A stretch of 64,000 nt of DNA from contig OZ219918.1 of NCBI GenBank assembly GCA_964291415.2, positions 608,001-672,000 of the forward strand, written 5' to 3'. Position 1 is the stretch's first letter. Each line of letters opens with the position of its first letter. This document shows, in pieces, positions 18,440 to 28,613 of this stretch. Both the position numbers and the translations under genes were made by a program. This DNA comes from Alphaproteobacteria bacterium. Its GTDB lineage: Bacteria; Pseudomonadota; Alphaproteobacteria; SP197. Under the pieces are notes generated by a model. The model made no database searches and was not told the origin of the DNA. It worked only from the letters and a program-made list of their open reading frames with translations.

Positions 18440-19930
18440 TCAGAAGAGATCGAACTGCTCGGTGTCGCTGCGTTTCGCGCGCGTCCTGCGGCGCGATGTC
18501 TTGCCTGCCTCTCCCGCCACGGCATCCACAGTGGCATCGGCGAACTCGATGGCAAGACGGCAGCCTTTCTCGACTCCCGCCGCCCGCGTCACGGGCGTTC
18601 CATCCGATCGCACGACCGCATACCCGCGTTCGAGAACAGACCGGTAGCAGAGACTTTCCAGGAGCCCGGCGAGCCCGGTGAGAGTGCGGGCCGGTGTCGC
18701 CAGCCCTTCCCCGATGGCCCGATCGAGGCTGTCGGCGAGATGGGCGAGGCGGTCCCCGGTGCGGGCCACGCGCCCGGCAAGGAGTTCCGCATTGATGCCC
18801 GAAGCAATTGCGGCGAGACGGGCGCGCCTGTCCGCGATCCAGGCGCCCGGTTCCGGCATCGCCAGGATGCGCTCGTCCAGGGCGCGGCCAAGGCCAGCGA
18901 GTCTCAGCGACATCACCCGGTCGAGACCCGAGACGACGTGATCGAGGTCCTGGCTTCTTTGTTCGAGAATGCGACCGGGCCTCGGCAAACCGCGGGCGAG
19001 ACCTGCCAGGTGGCTGGCGAGGCGCTGGTGCAGCTCCGTGGTTGCCCGCACCAGCCTGCCGTCGGTCTCGATCAGGCGCGTCATGAGTTCGGCCCGCACC
19101 GGTACGGCAATCTCCGCCGCCGCGGTCGGCGTGGGCGCTCTCAGGTCCGCAGCATGATCGATCAGGGTCGTGTCCGTTTCGTGCCCCACGGCCGATATCA
19201 GCGGTATGGCGCTGGCGGCGGCAGCGCGCACCACGCTCTCTTCGTTGAAGGGCATGAGATCCTCGAAGCTGCCACCGCCGCGGGCGACGATGATAAGATC
19301 TGGGCGCGGCACCCGATCGTTGTGGCTGATGGCGTTGAAACCCTCGATGGCGGCGGTGATCTCGGCCGCGGCGGCCTCCCCCTGCACCGGCACTGGCCAC
19401 ACCAGCACATGGCGGGGGAAGCGTTCTCGCAGACGGTGCAGGATGTCGCGGATTACCGCGCCCGTCGGTGACGTCACGACACCGATGACGTCGGGCAGCG
19501 ACGGCAGCGGCTGCTTGGCGGCGGGATCGAAGAGGCCCTCCGCCTCGAGTTGCTTGCGTCGCTTCTCGAGCAGCACCATCAGGGCGCCGAGCCCGGCAGG
19601 CTCGAGGCTCTCGATGATCAGCTGGTAGCTGGAACGGCCGGGATAGGTCGTCAGCTTGCCTGTGGCCACCATTTCCAGACCCTGTTCGGGCCGGTGGGCC
19701 AGGCGGTTGGCCGTTCGCGACCAGCAGACGCAGTCGAGCACCGCCTTGTCTTCCTTCATGGAGAGGTAGACGTGTCCCGATGCCGCCCTCGTGACCCGGC
19801 CGATCTCGCCGCGGATGCGGACACGCTCGAAGGCCGCCTCGACGGTCGAGCGCACCCGTTGCGAGATCTCGGCGACGCCGAATTCGGGGACGTTGCCTGC
19901 CTGGTCGGGGATTGCAGCGGATGCTTCCAT
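18440..19930 (-). CDS. xseA: Exodeoxyribonuclease VII large subunit
   Basis: SGHVY, VTSPTGAVIRD, ARGGGSFEDL, SAVGHETD, APTPTAAAE. Confidence 0.95.
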   Translation of the reverse strand: MEASAAIPDQAGNVPEFGVAEISQRVRSTVEAAFERVRIRGEIGRVTRAASGHVYLSMKEDKAVLDCVCWSRTANRLAHRPEQGLEMVATGKLTTYPGRSSYQLIIESLEPAGLGALMVLLEKRRKQLEAEGLFDPAAKQPLPSLPDVIGVVTSPTGAVIRDILHRLRERFPRHVLVWPVPVQGEAAAAEITAAIEGFNAISHNDRVPRPDLIIVARGGGSFEDLMPFNEESVVRAAAASAIPLISAVGHETDTTLIDHAADLRAPTPTAAAEIAVPVRAELMTRLIETDGRLVRATTELHQRLASHLAGLARGLPRPGRILEQRSQDLDHVVSGLDRVMSLRLAGLGRALDERILAMPEPGAWIADRRARLAAIASGINAELLAGRVARTGDRLAHLADSLDRAIGEGLATPARTLTGLAGLLESLCYRSVLERGYAVVRSDGTPVTRAAGVEKGCRLAIEFADATVDAVAGEAGKTSRRRTRAKRSDTEQFDLF

Positions 19931-20037
19931 GACGGCGCCATGATACAAGACCCGCGACGCCGGACCAGCCGCATGGGAGAACGAACGATGGGTGTGACGG
20001 CTCCGTCGCGAGGGAATCCGGCTGACGGCGATCTTCC

Positions 20038-21312
20038 ATGAGGGTTCTCGTGATCGGCGGCGGCGGCCGGGAGCACGCGCTGGTGAGGACAATTGCCGCA
20101 TCGCCGCGTGTCACGGCGGTATGCTGCGCCCCCGGCAATGCCGGTATCGCGAACGATGCCGGGCTGGTCGACATTGCGGCTGACGACGTCGCCGGCCTCG
20201 TCGCATGGGCGCGGACCCATGCCGTCGATCTCGTCGTGCCCGGTCCGGAAGCGGCCCTCGTTGCCGGGATTGTCGACGCCATGGAGGATGCGGGCATTGC
20301 CTGCATCGGACCCGATGCCGCCGCCGCCCGGCTCGAGGCATCGAAGTCGCTGATGAAGGAAATCGCCGATGCCGCCGGCGTGCCCACGGCCCGCTGGCGG
20401 CGTTTCGAGGATGCGGGCGAGGCGAGGGCGTGGGTTGCAGCCTGCGGGGCGCCCGTCGTGATCAAGGCCGATGGCCTCACGGGCGGCAAGGGTGTCACCG
20501 TCGCATTCACCGAGGCCGAGGCTCTGCGGGCTGTTGACGAGGCGCTGGCGGACCGCGTGTTCGGCGACGCCGGTTCTTCCGTGGTCATCGAGGAGTTTCT
20601 CGATGGCGAGGAGGCGAGCTACCACGTGCTCGTGGACGGCACGTCGATCCTGCCGCTCGCCACGGCCCAGGATCACAAGCGCGTCGGCGACGGGGATACC
20701 GGCCCCAACACCGGCGGCATGGGATGCTATTCGCCAGCGCCGGTGGTCACCCCCGACATCGAGGCGCGGATCCTTGACGACATCATCCGTCCGACCGTCG
20801 CCGCCATGAGCCAGCGCGGCACGCCGTTTCGCGGCGTCCTCTACGCCGGGCTGATGATCTCCTCCGAAGGCCCCAGGCTCCTCGAATACAACGTCCGCTT
20901 CGGTGACCCGGAATGCCAGGTCCTGCTGGCCCGCCTCGACTCGGATCTCGTGCCTGCACTGCAGGCGACCCGCGACGGCACGCTCGATCATGTCCGCCTC
21001 ACGTGGCGCGACGAGTCGGCTCTGACCGTGGTGATGGCCACGCGGGGCTATCCGGGGACCTATCCCCGGGCCACACCCATTCGCCGGCTCGACGAGGCGG
21101 CGGGCGATGATGGCGTGATCCTTCATGCCGGCACGGCGCGAAGGGATGGCGGCTGGGTGTCGGCGGGCGGGCGCGTGCTCGGTGTGACGGCGTGCGGTGC
21201 GTCCCTCGCCGAGGCCCGCGATCGCGCCTATCGCATTGTCGACAGGATCGACTGGGCGGAAGGGTTCTGCCGTCGCGATATCGGCAACAAGGGGATCACG
21301 CGCCAGGGGTGA
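20038..21312 (+). CDS. purD: Phosphoribosylamine--glycine ligase
   Basis: GGGGREHAL, QDHKRVGDGDTGPNTGGMG, EYNVRFGDPE. Confidence 0.97.
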   Translation: MRVLVIGGGGREHALVRTIAASPRVTAVCCAPGNAGIANDAGLVDIAADDVAGLVAWARTHAVDLVVPGPEAALVAGIVDAMEDAGIACIGPDAAAARLEASKSLMKEIADAAGVPTARWRRFEDAGEARAWVAACGAPVVIKADGLTGGKGVTVAFTEAEALRAVDEALADRVFGDAGSSVVIEEFLDGEEASYHVLVDGTSILPLATAQDHKRVGDGDTGPNTGGMGCYSPAPVVTPDIEARILDDIIRPTVAAMSQRGTPFRGVLYAGLMISSEGPRLLEYNVRFGDPECQVLLARLDSDLVPALQATRDGTLDHVRLTWRDESALTVVMATRGYPGTYPRATPIRRLDEAAGDDGVILHAGTARRDGGWVSAGGRVLGVTACGASLAEARDRAYRIVDRIDWAEGFCRRDIGNKGITRQG

Positions 21313-21462
21313 GCCGTTTCGGACCCCACGTGATGAACAGGCGGCAGGTGCGGTGTCGACGCCCGGGTGCCCGGCAATGGGACCCTCTCCGCCAGGACCA
21401 TGGGCCACAGTCGTTGCATCGTCGTCATCGGGAGTGGTGCCGGCGACGGCGGATTGGCCGTC

Positions 21463-22623
21463 TCATGTCCGCACGATGAGAGTCTGGGGCGAGCGCGTGG
21501 TGAGGATCTCGCAGCCCTTCTCCGTCAGGATGGCGGTGTTGGAGATGAAGTAGTCGACACAGTCCGTGTCGGTGAACCAGGAATGAAGGTGAAAGGACAT
21601 GCCCCGCTTCATCTCCAGGTCCGAATCGGGTGCGAGACTCGTGACCATGGAGCCTCCGGTCCAGCTTGGCGGAAAACCGATTCCCGTCAGGTAGCCGCAG
21701 TGATGCCGCTCGTAACCCTTGAGCCCCCGGCTTCGTGCGACATCCCGCCATGCCGCATAGGCATCTCCGGCCCGCGCACCCGGCACGATCGCCGCCGCGA
21801 TCGCCTCCATGGCGTCGATGGCCATTGAGACGGAGCGTTCGACGCCGTCAGGAGCGCCCCCCACGTAGACCAGCCGGCCCATGGGCGCCTGGTACTTGCG
21901 GTAGGCCGCACCGATCTCCAGGAACACGGCATCGCCGTTGCGGAACGTCTCGCCCCGCCATGTCGTGTGTTCCTCGCCAAGCCTCGAGGTCGGCCTGATG
22001 AACGGCCCGAAGCCGGGATACTCGCTGCCTGCCAGACACAGGGCGCGCTGGCATTCGCCTGCAACCTCATGATCGCTTGCGCCATGGCGTATGGCATCGA
22101 TTGCCGCCAGCGTCCCGGCATCGGCCGCGTCTGCGGCACGGCGCGTATAGGTGATTTCGAGCGGTGACTTCACCATCCGCAGGGCATCGACGAGGCCCGA
22201 GCCATCGCTCCATGCGGCCGCTGGCGCACCGGCCTTGATGCGGCTCGCCGTATGCGGCGTCAGAAACAGGGACCGCTCCTCGAGTGCGACCCGGCCGTCG
22301 CTAATTCCGAGCAGGGTCATCGCGTCGAGCACATGGTCGGCCGGCTCCTCGTCATCGGCGTGGCCATGGAACACGGCGTTGGCGACCTGGTTGTCAACCG
22401 TGATCTGCTCCATGGCCCGGGCCACGAGGCGGAGTTCGCCGTCGCGCGGCACGACGAGGATGTGTGACGCGAAGAATCCCCAGTGATCGAGACCGGTGAG
22501 GTAGTAGATGTTTTCCGGACTGGCGATGAGAAGACCGTCAAGGTCACGCTCGACAATCGCGTCGCGGAGCGTCTTGAGGCGTCGATCGAGTTCCTGGCGT
22601 GGAAAGGGCTGGTGAGCGGTCAT
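21463..22623 (-). CDS. M24 (Xaa-Pro peptidase/creatinase fold) hydrolase, divergent DoeA/EutD paralog
   Basis: Creatinase N-domain PENIYYLTG; LEIGAAYRKYQAPMGR; GYLTGIGFPPSW; FHLH. Confidence 0.8.
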   Translation of the reverse strand: MTAHQPFPRQELDRRLKTLRDAIVERDLDGLLIASPENIYYLTGLDHWGFFASHILVVPRDGELRLVARAMEQITVDNQVANAVFHGHADDEEPADHVLDAMTLLGISDGRVALEERSLFLTPHTASRIKAGAPAAAWSDGSGLVDALRMVKSPLEITYTRRAADAADAGTLAAIDAIRHGASDHEVAGECQRALCLAGSEYPGFGPFIRPTSRLGEEHTTWRGETFRNGDAVFLEIGAAYRKYQAPMGRLVYVGGAPDGVERSVSMAIDAMEAIAAAIVPGARAGDAYAAWRDVARSRGLKGYERHHCGYLTGIGFPPSWTGGSMVTSLAPDSDLEMKRGMSFHLHSWFTDTDCVDYFISNTAILTEKGCEILTTRSPQTLIVRT

Positions 22624-22646
22624 GGCGGGTTCCCGTGGGTCGCGTG

Positions 22647-23825
22647 TCAGGCGACCACGCGGAGTGCGCGTTCGACATCACAAAGGCGCTCGCCTCCGCC
22701 GGCGGTGACGACGAAGGACTCCGAGACCGCGGCGCCGTAGCGCTCGAGCCACACGCCCGACTGGAAGTGGAAACACATGCCGGCCTCGAGGACCGTGTTG
22801 TCGCCGGGGCGAAGGCTGGCGGTCCGTTCTCCCCAGTCGGGCGGAAAGCCGAGACCGATGGAATAGCCCACGCGGCTCTCCTTGCGGTAGCCGTGGCGGT
22901 TGAGCACACCCTGCCACACGGCTTCCACATCGGCGCACGTGGCGCCGGGACGGGCCGCCTGCAGCGCCGCATTGCCGCCCTCCACAATCGTCTCCGCAAG
23001 CTTGGCGACGTCACGCGGTGGCTTGCCCATATGCGCCGTTCGGGTGAGTGGCGCGTGGTAGTGGCGCCGTGCCGCAGCCAGTTCCATGACCACGAGACCC
23101 TCGTCAGGCAAGGTTTCGGATGTCCAGGTGAGGTGCGGCGTTGCCGTGCCGTCCCCGACCTGGATCAGCGGGCAAATGCTGGTGTAGTCGCCGTGCTGTC
23201 CGTCAAGACCGCTGATCTGCGTGTGATAGACGTCCGCGATGATGTCCTTTTGCCGGGCGCCCGGGCGAAGGCGCTCCAGAGCCCTTTCCATGACCCTTGT
23301 CGCGAGTCTGCCGGCCTCGCGCATGTACGACAGTTCCGCGGGCGACTTGACCAGCCGCGCCCAGTTCACCAGTTCGCGGTTGTCGGCGATCCGGGCGCCG
23401 CCCAGTCCGTCGACGAGGTGCCGATGGGCTCTTGCCGTATAGTAGTGGGCGTCCAGTTCGACGCCGATGCTCGCGGAACCCCAGCCGCGCTGCCTGATCA
23501 GATCGCACAATTCGTCGAAGGGATGGCGATCCGGGTGGTGAACCAGGGGTTCGGAGAATGCCACGACGTTGTCGCCCGGAAGGTCCGTCGTCATGACGGC
23601 GGACAGGGCGTCCTGGGCGCGGCCGAACCACACCGGAAACCGGTCGTCGCGATGGAACAGCACGGCCTGCGGCGTGTAGAACGACCATCCGTCGAAGCCG
23701 GTCAGCCAGTGCATGTTCGCCGGATCCTGGCAGATCAGGAGATCGAACCCGGCCTCGTCCATGCGTTGACGGACCCTGTCGCGGCGCTGTGCGTATTCCG
23801 ATCCGTCGAAGGCGGCTGCTGTCAT
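22647..23825 (-). CDS. doeA: Ectoine hydrolase-like M24 protein (DoeA/EutD)
   Basis: DPANMHWLTGFDGWSFYTPQ, HYYTA, LVNWARLVKS, PHLTW, SRVGYSIGLGFPPDWGE; downstream of ehu genes. Confidence 0.8.
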   Translation of the reverse strand: MTAAAFDGSEYAQRRDRVRQRMDEAGFDLLICQDPANMHWLTGFDGWSFYTPQAVLFHRDDRFPVWFGRAQDALSAVMTTDLPGDNVVAFSEPLVHHPDRHPFDELCDLIRQRGWGSASIGVELDAHYYTARAHRHLVDGLGGARIADNRELVNWARLVKSPAELSYMREAGRLATRVMERALERLRPGARQKDIIADVYHTQISGLDGQHGDYTSICPLIQVGDGTATPHLTWTSETLPDEGLVVMELAAARRHYHAPLTRTAHMGKPPRDVAKLAETIVEGGNAALQAARPGATCADVEAVWQGVLNRHGYRKESRVGYSIGLGFPPDWGERTASLRPGDNTVLEAGMCFHFQSGVWLERYGAAVSESFVVTAGGGERLCDVERALRVVA

Positions 23826-23834
23826 CGGACTCCT

Positions 23835-24649
23835 CTAGGCTGTGGCGTATCCCGACGCCGCATGGGGAGCCATGGCCCTCGCATGCGCGGCGATCGAGCG
23901 TGCCGTGAAACTGCCGTCAGGCGGCGTGTCGCGAACGAAGTGCCGCCAGCCGTCCTTGCCGCGCACCGGGATGGCGGACAGCTCCGGTCCGGCGGTCTGG
24001 CGCGCGTGGGCGGGCAGGAAGCGGACCGCGAGACCGATGCGTGGCGACCCGGTGCGGTTGGTGCCGGACGCATGGGCGAGAAGACAGTGGTGGAGCGACA
24101 TCTCTCCGGCATCGAGGATGACCGGAACAGCGTGCGATTCATCCATGTCGAGGACGATTTCCTGACCGCGGGTGAGGGCGCTCCCTTTCGAAAGAGTCTC
24201 CCGGTGGCGGAGCTTGTCTCGTGTGTGGGTGCCCGCCATGAACCGCATGCATCCGTTCTCCGGACGGACATCGGTGAGGGCAATCCACGCCGTGCAGATC
24301 TCGAAGGGCTCAAGATTCCAGTAGTTGGCGTCCTGGTGCCAGTTGATGCGCTGCCGTCCCCCGGGCGGCTTGCAGAAGAGGTCGGCCGCCTGGAGGAGGA
24401 TGTCCGGTCCGATGACCGATTCGACGCGGTCGAGCACGGCGTCATCTGTCGCGAGGTCGAAGACCCAGTCGCAAAGCAGATGCATCTTGATGCGCCAGGG
24501 ATGCGCAGACCCGACGGCGGTTCCTCCATGAGCCTCTCGATGCGCGTGGCCGCCATGCGGGCTCTCGCACCGGAGACCGCATCGAAGGGAAAGGCGAAGC
24601 CATCGCGCCTGTAGCGGCTGGCCGTATCGTTCGGGCGTCCGTCAGCCAT
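23835..24649 (-). CDS. PhyH family Fe(II)/2-oxoglutarate dioxygenase, split by a 1-nt frameshift near 24505
   Basis: N-part YRRDGFAFPF (ORF 23822..24649) joins HPWRIKMHLL...WHQD...TAWIAL...NGCM...HASG..R (ORF 23835..24485). Confidence 0.8.
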
Positions 24650-25475
24650 GGTGCCGTTCCCAGAGGATCGGCAGGAGATCGCAACGGTAGGGGCCTCCCT
24701 CGATGAGCCCGTGTTCCGCTTCCAGGAAATCCGTCATGTCGCGGGTCCACGGCCCCCGCCGCCGGTAGATGGCATCGCCGTCGGCGAAGCGCATGGTGAG
24801 CCGCCTGATGGTGCGCTGCGGCGGCGAAGCGTCCGGCGCGCCGTGGACCGTATGCGAATCGAAGACGAGGCAGTCTCCCGGTTGAAGCGCGTAGTCGACC
24901 CGGTCGCCGTATTCGCTCAGCCTGGAGAAATCGGGAGTCCTCTCGTAGATGCCGTGGGGATCGGCCTTCGGTCCGGTGCCCGCGAAACTCTCCGGCATGA
25001 AGTGCCTGTTCCAGGTATGGGATCCTTTGAGAATCGTGACGCCCTCGCCCCGGGCGACCGGTTCCAGCGCCATCCACAGTACGCACCACGTGCCGTCGAG
25101 ATCGAAGTACGGAGCATCGTGATGCCAGGGCGCCCGGTTGACGGCGCCGGCCTTGCGCACGAGCCAGTTGTCGGTCACGAGCATGACGGAAGAAACACCC
25201 ATGAGTTCGCCGGCGATCCGGGCGGCGGGCGATTCGAAGATGAATTCACGCATCGCAGGCACCTGCTGCCAGATCCAGAAATCCGTGACGTATGTGCCGG
25301 GGTTCGTATCCGCCGAATAGTCGACGAACATCGGGCCGGGGTTCGCCATGCCCTGGTCGATGGCGTCGCCGGCCACAGCCAGCCAGCGAGGGTCGAAGGC
25401 CTCGCGAAGGCAGACGACCCCGTCTTTCCTGTAGGAGGCACGCTGTTCCCCGGTCGTCAGCGGCACGTCGCTCAT
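24642..25475 (-). CDS. PhyH family Fe(II)/2-oxoglutarate dioxygenase
   Basis: YRKDGVVCLR, PWHHD, LWMALE, GSH, PGDCLVF..HTVHGA. Confidence 0.85.
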   Translation of the reverse strand: MSDVPLTTGEQRASYRKDGVVCLREAFDPRWLAVAGDAIDQGMANPGPMFVDYSADTNPGTYVTDFWIWQQVPAMREFIFESPAARIAGELMGVSSVMLVTDNWLVRKAGAVNRAPWHHDAPYFDLDGTWCVLWMALEPVARGEGVTILKGSHTWNRHFMPESFAGTGPKADPHGIYERTPDFSRLSEYGDRVDYALQPGDCLVFDSHTVHGAPDASPPQRTIRRLTMRFADGDAIYRRRGPWTRDMTDFLEAEHGLIEGGPYRCDLLPILWERHHG

Positions 25476-25482
25476 GCGCTCC

Positions 25483-26295
25483 TCAATCCGCGTCGAGCAC
25501 GGCGCTGAGGAACATCCTTGTGCGTTCGTTCTGCGGGTTGCCGATCAACTGGTCGGGCGGTCCCTGTTCGGCAATCTTGCCTTCGTAGAAGAAGCAGACG
25601 CGATCCGATATCTCGCGGGCAAATCCCATCTGGTGCGTCACGATGATCATGGTGAGGTCATGTTCCTTGGCGAGCTTGCGAATGACGTTCAGAACCTCGC
25701 CGATCACCTCCGGATCGAGTGCCGAGGTGACTTCATCGAAGAGCATGACCTTCGGTCGCATGGCGAGCGCGCGGGCAATGGCGACCCGCTGCTGCTGACC
25801 GCCGGAAAGGCGCGATGGATGCTGGCCCGCCTTGTCGGCAATGCCCACCATGGCCAGAAGTTCCATGGAGCGCTCCCGTGCCTCGTTCTTGCTGAGGCCC
25901 AGAGACTGCACGGGGGCTTCCATGCAGTTCTCGAGCACGGTCATGTGGGGGAAGAGATTGAAGTGCTGGAACACCATGCCGATGTCCGATCGCATCTTCC
26001 TGAGGTGGGCATCGCTGGATTCGACGAGGACGCCGCCCCTTTCCATGTGGGTGAGCGGCTGACCATAGAGATAGATGACGCCGTCATCGATCGGTTCGAG
26101 AGTCATCAGGACACGCAGGACCGTGGTCTTTCCCGAGCCGGACGGGCCGATGATCGAGACGATCTCGTTGGCTGCGATGTCGAGATCGAGTGAATCGAGC
26201 ACGGTGAGGTCGCCGTAACGCTTGGACACCCTGGAGAAGCGCACCGCGGGTGGATCGGCTTCATTCAGCCGGAGGGGATAGGTGTCGTTGTCCAT
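25483..26295 (-). CDS. ehuA: Ectoine/hydroxyectoine-type ABC transporter ATPase
   Basis: GPSGSGKTTVLRVLMTLE, LSGGQQQRVAIARALAMRP, FDEVTSALDPE. Confidence 0.9.
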   Translation of the reverse strand: MDNDTYPLRLNEADPPAVRFSRVSKRYGDLTVLDSLDLDIAANEIVSIIGPSGSGKTTVLRVLMTLEPIDDGVIYLYGQPLTHMERGGVLVESSDAHLRKMRSDIGMVFQHFNLFPHMTVLENCMEAPVQSLGLSKNEARERSMELLAMVGIADKAGQHPSRLSGGQQQRVAIARALAMRPKVMLFDEVTSALDPEVIGEVLNVIRKLAKEHDLTMIIVTHQMGFAREISDRVCFFYEGKIAEQGPPDQLIGNPQNERTRMFLSAVLDAD

Positions 26296-26319
26296 GGCCT
26301 CGCTTGTCCCGGCGGCTCG

Positions 26320-26988
26320 TCAATCGACGCCAAGCGCGCGCCGCGCCCATGTCTCGAACCGTCTTAGACTGAATGCCGCCGGCAGGGAAATGGCAAGGAA
26401 GATGATGCCGACAAGGGTATAGGGTTCGAGAAAGCGGTAGGTCTCGGAACCGACGGCATTGGCGGTGTGAAGGAGTTCGGCAACTCCGATGACAGAAAGC
26501 ATGGGCGTATCCTTGAAGATGCCGACGAGGTAGTTCCCCATACCCGGGATTGCGGGGGGCAGCGCCTGGGGAATGATGATCCTGAAGTAGGTTCTCCGTG
26601 TCGACAGGTTGAGAGCCTTGCAGGCTTCCCATTGTCCCTTTGGAACGCCGTCGAGACCCGCCCTGTAGACTTCGGAAAGGTACGAGGCGTAGTGCAGGCC
26701 GATCGCGATCATGCCGGAGGTCCAGGGAGAGAGCGTCACGCCCACCTGGGGCCCGACGTAGAAGACGAAGAAGATCTGCAGGACCAGCGGCGTGGAGCGA
26801 ATGAACTCGACGCATTCGCGTACGGCAACCGTGAGAAGGGTGATGGACGTGCGCTGTCCCAGCGCGAAGACGAGACCGACCACAAGGGCGATGGCATAGC
26901 CGATTCCGGCGGCAAGCAGGGTGTTGGTGGTGGCCAGCAGGAGACGCGGCAGAATCTCGAAAGTGAAGTCCCATTTCCAGTCGAACAT
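26320..26988 (-). CDS. ehuD: Ectoine-type ABC permease
   Basis: WKWDFTFEILP, EFIRSTPL, GLHYASYLSEVYRAG, FKDTPML. Confidence 0.88.
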   Translation of the reverse strand: MFDWKWDFTFEILPRLLLATTNTLLAAGIGYAIALVVGLVFALGQRTSITLLTVAVRECVEFIRSTPLVLQIFFVFYVGPQVGVTLSPWTSGMIAIGLHYASYLSEVYRAGLDGVPKGQWEACKALNLSTRRTYFRIIIPQALPPAIPGMGNYLVGIFKDTPMLSVIGVAELLHTANAVGSETYRFLEPYTLVGIIFLAISLPAAFSLRRFETWARRALGVD

Positions 26989-26991
26989 GGC

Positions 26992-27669
26992 CTACCCCCC
27001 GGGAACCCGGCCCATCTTGCGCGCCATGAACCTCTCGAGGGCCAGCATCGAGGGTGATATCAGCAGCCGCGCCAGGAGGTAGTAGATGATAAGGGCCGTG
27101 CCGAAGGCTTCCGCGGACAGGAAGGTCGAGCCGTTGATCTGGCGCGCCTCGAACATGAGGTCGGTGACCGAGATGAGCGCCACCAGCGCCGTTCCCTTGA
27201 GAAGCTCGATGAAGAGGTTGCCCCAGGGTGGCAGCATGGCGAGCAGCGCCTGCGGCAGGATGATCCTCGTCATGCGCTTGAAGGGCGAGAGATTGAGCGC
27301 GATGGCGACCTCGTACTGCCCGCGCGGAACCGAAATGATGGCGCCGCGGACGACTTCGGCTCCGTATGCGCCGAGATTCATGCCCACGGCGATGAAACCG
27401 GCAGTGAATTTTTCCAGGGTGATGCCGAACAGGGGAAGCACGAAGAAGATCCAGAACAGCTGGATAAGGAGGGATGTTCCCCGGAAGATCTCGATATAGG
27501 TGATGGCAACGGAGCGGACGAGAACCAGCTTCGAGAGCCTCATCAGCGCCATCACCAGGGCGATGGTGACCGCCAGCAGGGCGGCGAGCACGGTCTGCTG
27601 GACGGTGACGATGGTTCCGTCGATGAAGCGAGGACCGTGCTCCGCCAGAAAGCCGAGGTAGTGCTCCAT
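26992..27669 (-). CDS. ehuC: Ectoine-type ABC permease
   Basis: YIEIFRGTSLLIQLFW, GAYGAEVVRG, PPWGN, ELLKGTAL. Confidence 0.88.
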   Translation of the reverse strand: MEHYLGFLAEHGPRFIDGTIVTVQQTVLAALLAVTIALVMALMRLSKLVLVRSVAITYIEIFRGTSLLIQLFWIFFVLPLFGITLEKFTAGFIAVGMNLGAYGAEVVRGAIISVPRGQYEVAIALNLSPFKRMTRIILPQALLAMLPPWGNLFIELLKGTALVALISVTDLMFEARQINGSTFLSAEAFGTALIIYYLLARLLISPSMLALERFMARKMGRVPGG

Positions 27670-27694
27670 CAGAAATGCCTGCCGGCTTCAGGAA

Positions 27695-27731
27695 TCAGGG
27701 CCTCCCCGCCGGGACAACGGGGAGGCCCTGA
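27695..27731. terminator. Stem-loop between ehuB and ehuC (mRNA stabiliser or partial terminator)
   Basis: TCAGGGCCTCCCCG / CGGGGAGGCCCTGA, perfect 14-bp inverted repeat with 9-nt loop. Confidence 0.7.
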
Positions 27732-27755
27732 ATCAGACACCTTGCAACCGAACCG

Positions 27756-28610
27756 TCAGCGGTTGGCGCAGGCGTACTCCGTCTTGGCATCGCCGGGCAA
27801 CTGGAAGGTTGTGTAGCCGTACTCGGCCACGGCGGCCATCATCGCGTCCGAACCGACCCAGGACGCCAGCGCATCGTTGAATGCGGCGACGAACTCGGCG
27901 TCCTCGTGGCGGAACGCTATGCCGACCCAGTTGAAGGTCCATATCGGAAGGAGGCCAGGATCGGTGATGTCGATCTCGCCGTCGCTCTCGGCGGCGAGGA
28001 CACGCGCCGTGAAGAACGTCACGCCGCCGGCGTCGGCACGGCCGGCGCGGACAGCGGCGAGGATCTCCGTGGGGCCGGGAACCTGCATGATGTTGGAATC
28101 CTCGATGCCCTCCTTCTTGGCAACTTCGACGATGTTGTAGCCCGCTCCGGTGACGAGGACCGCTCCCATATCGCGGATATCGTCGTAGGTCTGGATTCCC
28201 TTCGGGTTGCCAGCCGGTACGATGAAGGCGTCGCCGAACACACCGACCGGTTCGGAGAACGTGACGTTCTCGCAGCGGCTGGCGAGGATGTACATGCCGC
28301 CGGTGATGATATCGAAACGATTGGCGTTAAGCCCGGGAATCAGCCCTCCCCAGTCGGTCACCACCGGTTCGATATTGGTGATTCCCATCTCGTTCAGGAT
28401 GCCGGTTGCGATCGCGTTGACGAATCCCAGCGGCTCGTTGTCCTCGCCGGGATAGGCCCACGGGACCTCGTTGGCAAAACCGATGCGCACGGCGTCGCCG
28501 GCCATCGCCTTATCGAGCAGCGAATGCCCGTCCGCACGGACTTCTGTCGTCCAGGGCATCAGGACAAGGCTCGCGACGATCGCCGCCCACGACAGTTTCA
28601 TGAGTTTCAT
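27756..28610 (-). CDS. ehuB: Ectoine-type ABC substrate-binding protein
   Basis: Signal peptide; RIGFANEVPWAY, WGGLIPGLNANRFDIITGGMYI..RC. Confidence 0.88.
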   Translation of the reverse strand: MKLMKLSWAAIVASLVLMPWTTEVRADGHSLLDKAMAGDAVRIGFANEVPWAYPGEDNEPLGFVNAIATGILNEMGITNIEPVVTDWGGLIPGLNANRFDIITGGMYILASRCENVTFSEPVGVFGDAFIVPAGNPKGIQTYDDIRDMGAVLVTGAGYNIVEVAKKEGIEDSNIMQVPGPTEILAAVRAGRADAGGVTFFTARVLAAESDGEIDITDPGLLPIWTFNWVGIAFRHEDAEFVAAFNDALASWVGSDAMMAAVAEYGYTTFQLPGDAKTEYACANR

Positions 28611-28613
28611 GAT

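Noticed and set aside
17436-20588. 1050-aa minus-strand ORF and other long alternative-frame ORFs (9497..11494, 22599..24614, 51929..54058, 62185..63858)
   Set aside because: They are Arg/Pro/Ala-rich shadow ORFs overlapping well-supported genes, as expected in high-GC DNA
23835-25475. Calling either dioxygenase ectD
   Set aside because: The EctD signature FxWHSDFETWH is absent (WHQD and WHHD instead)
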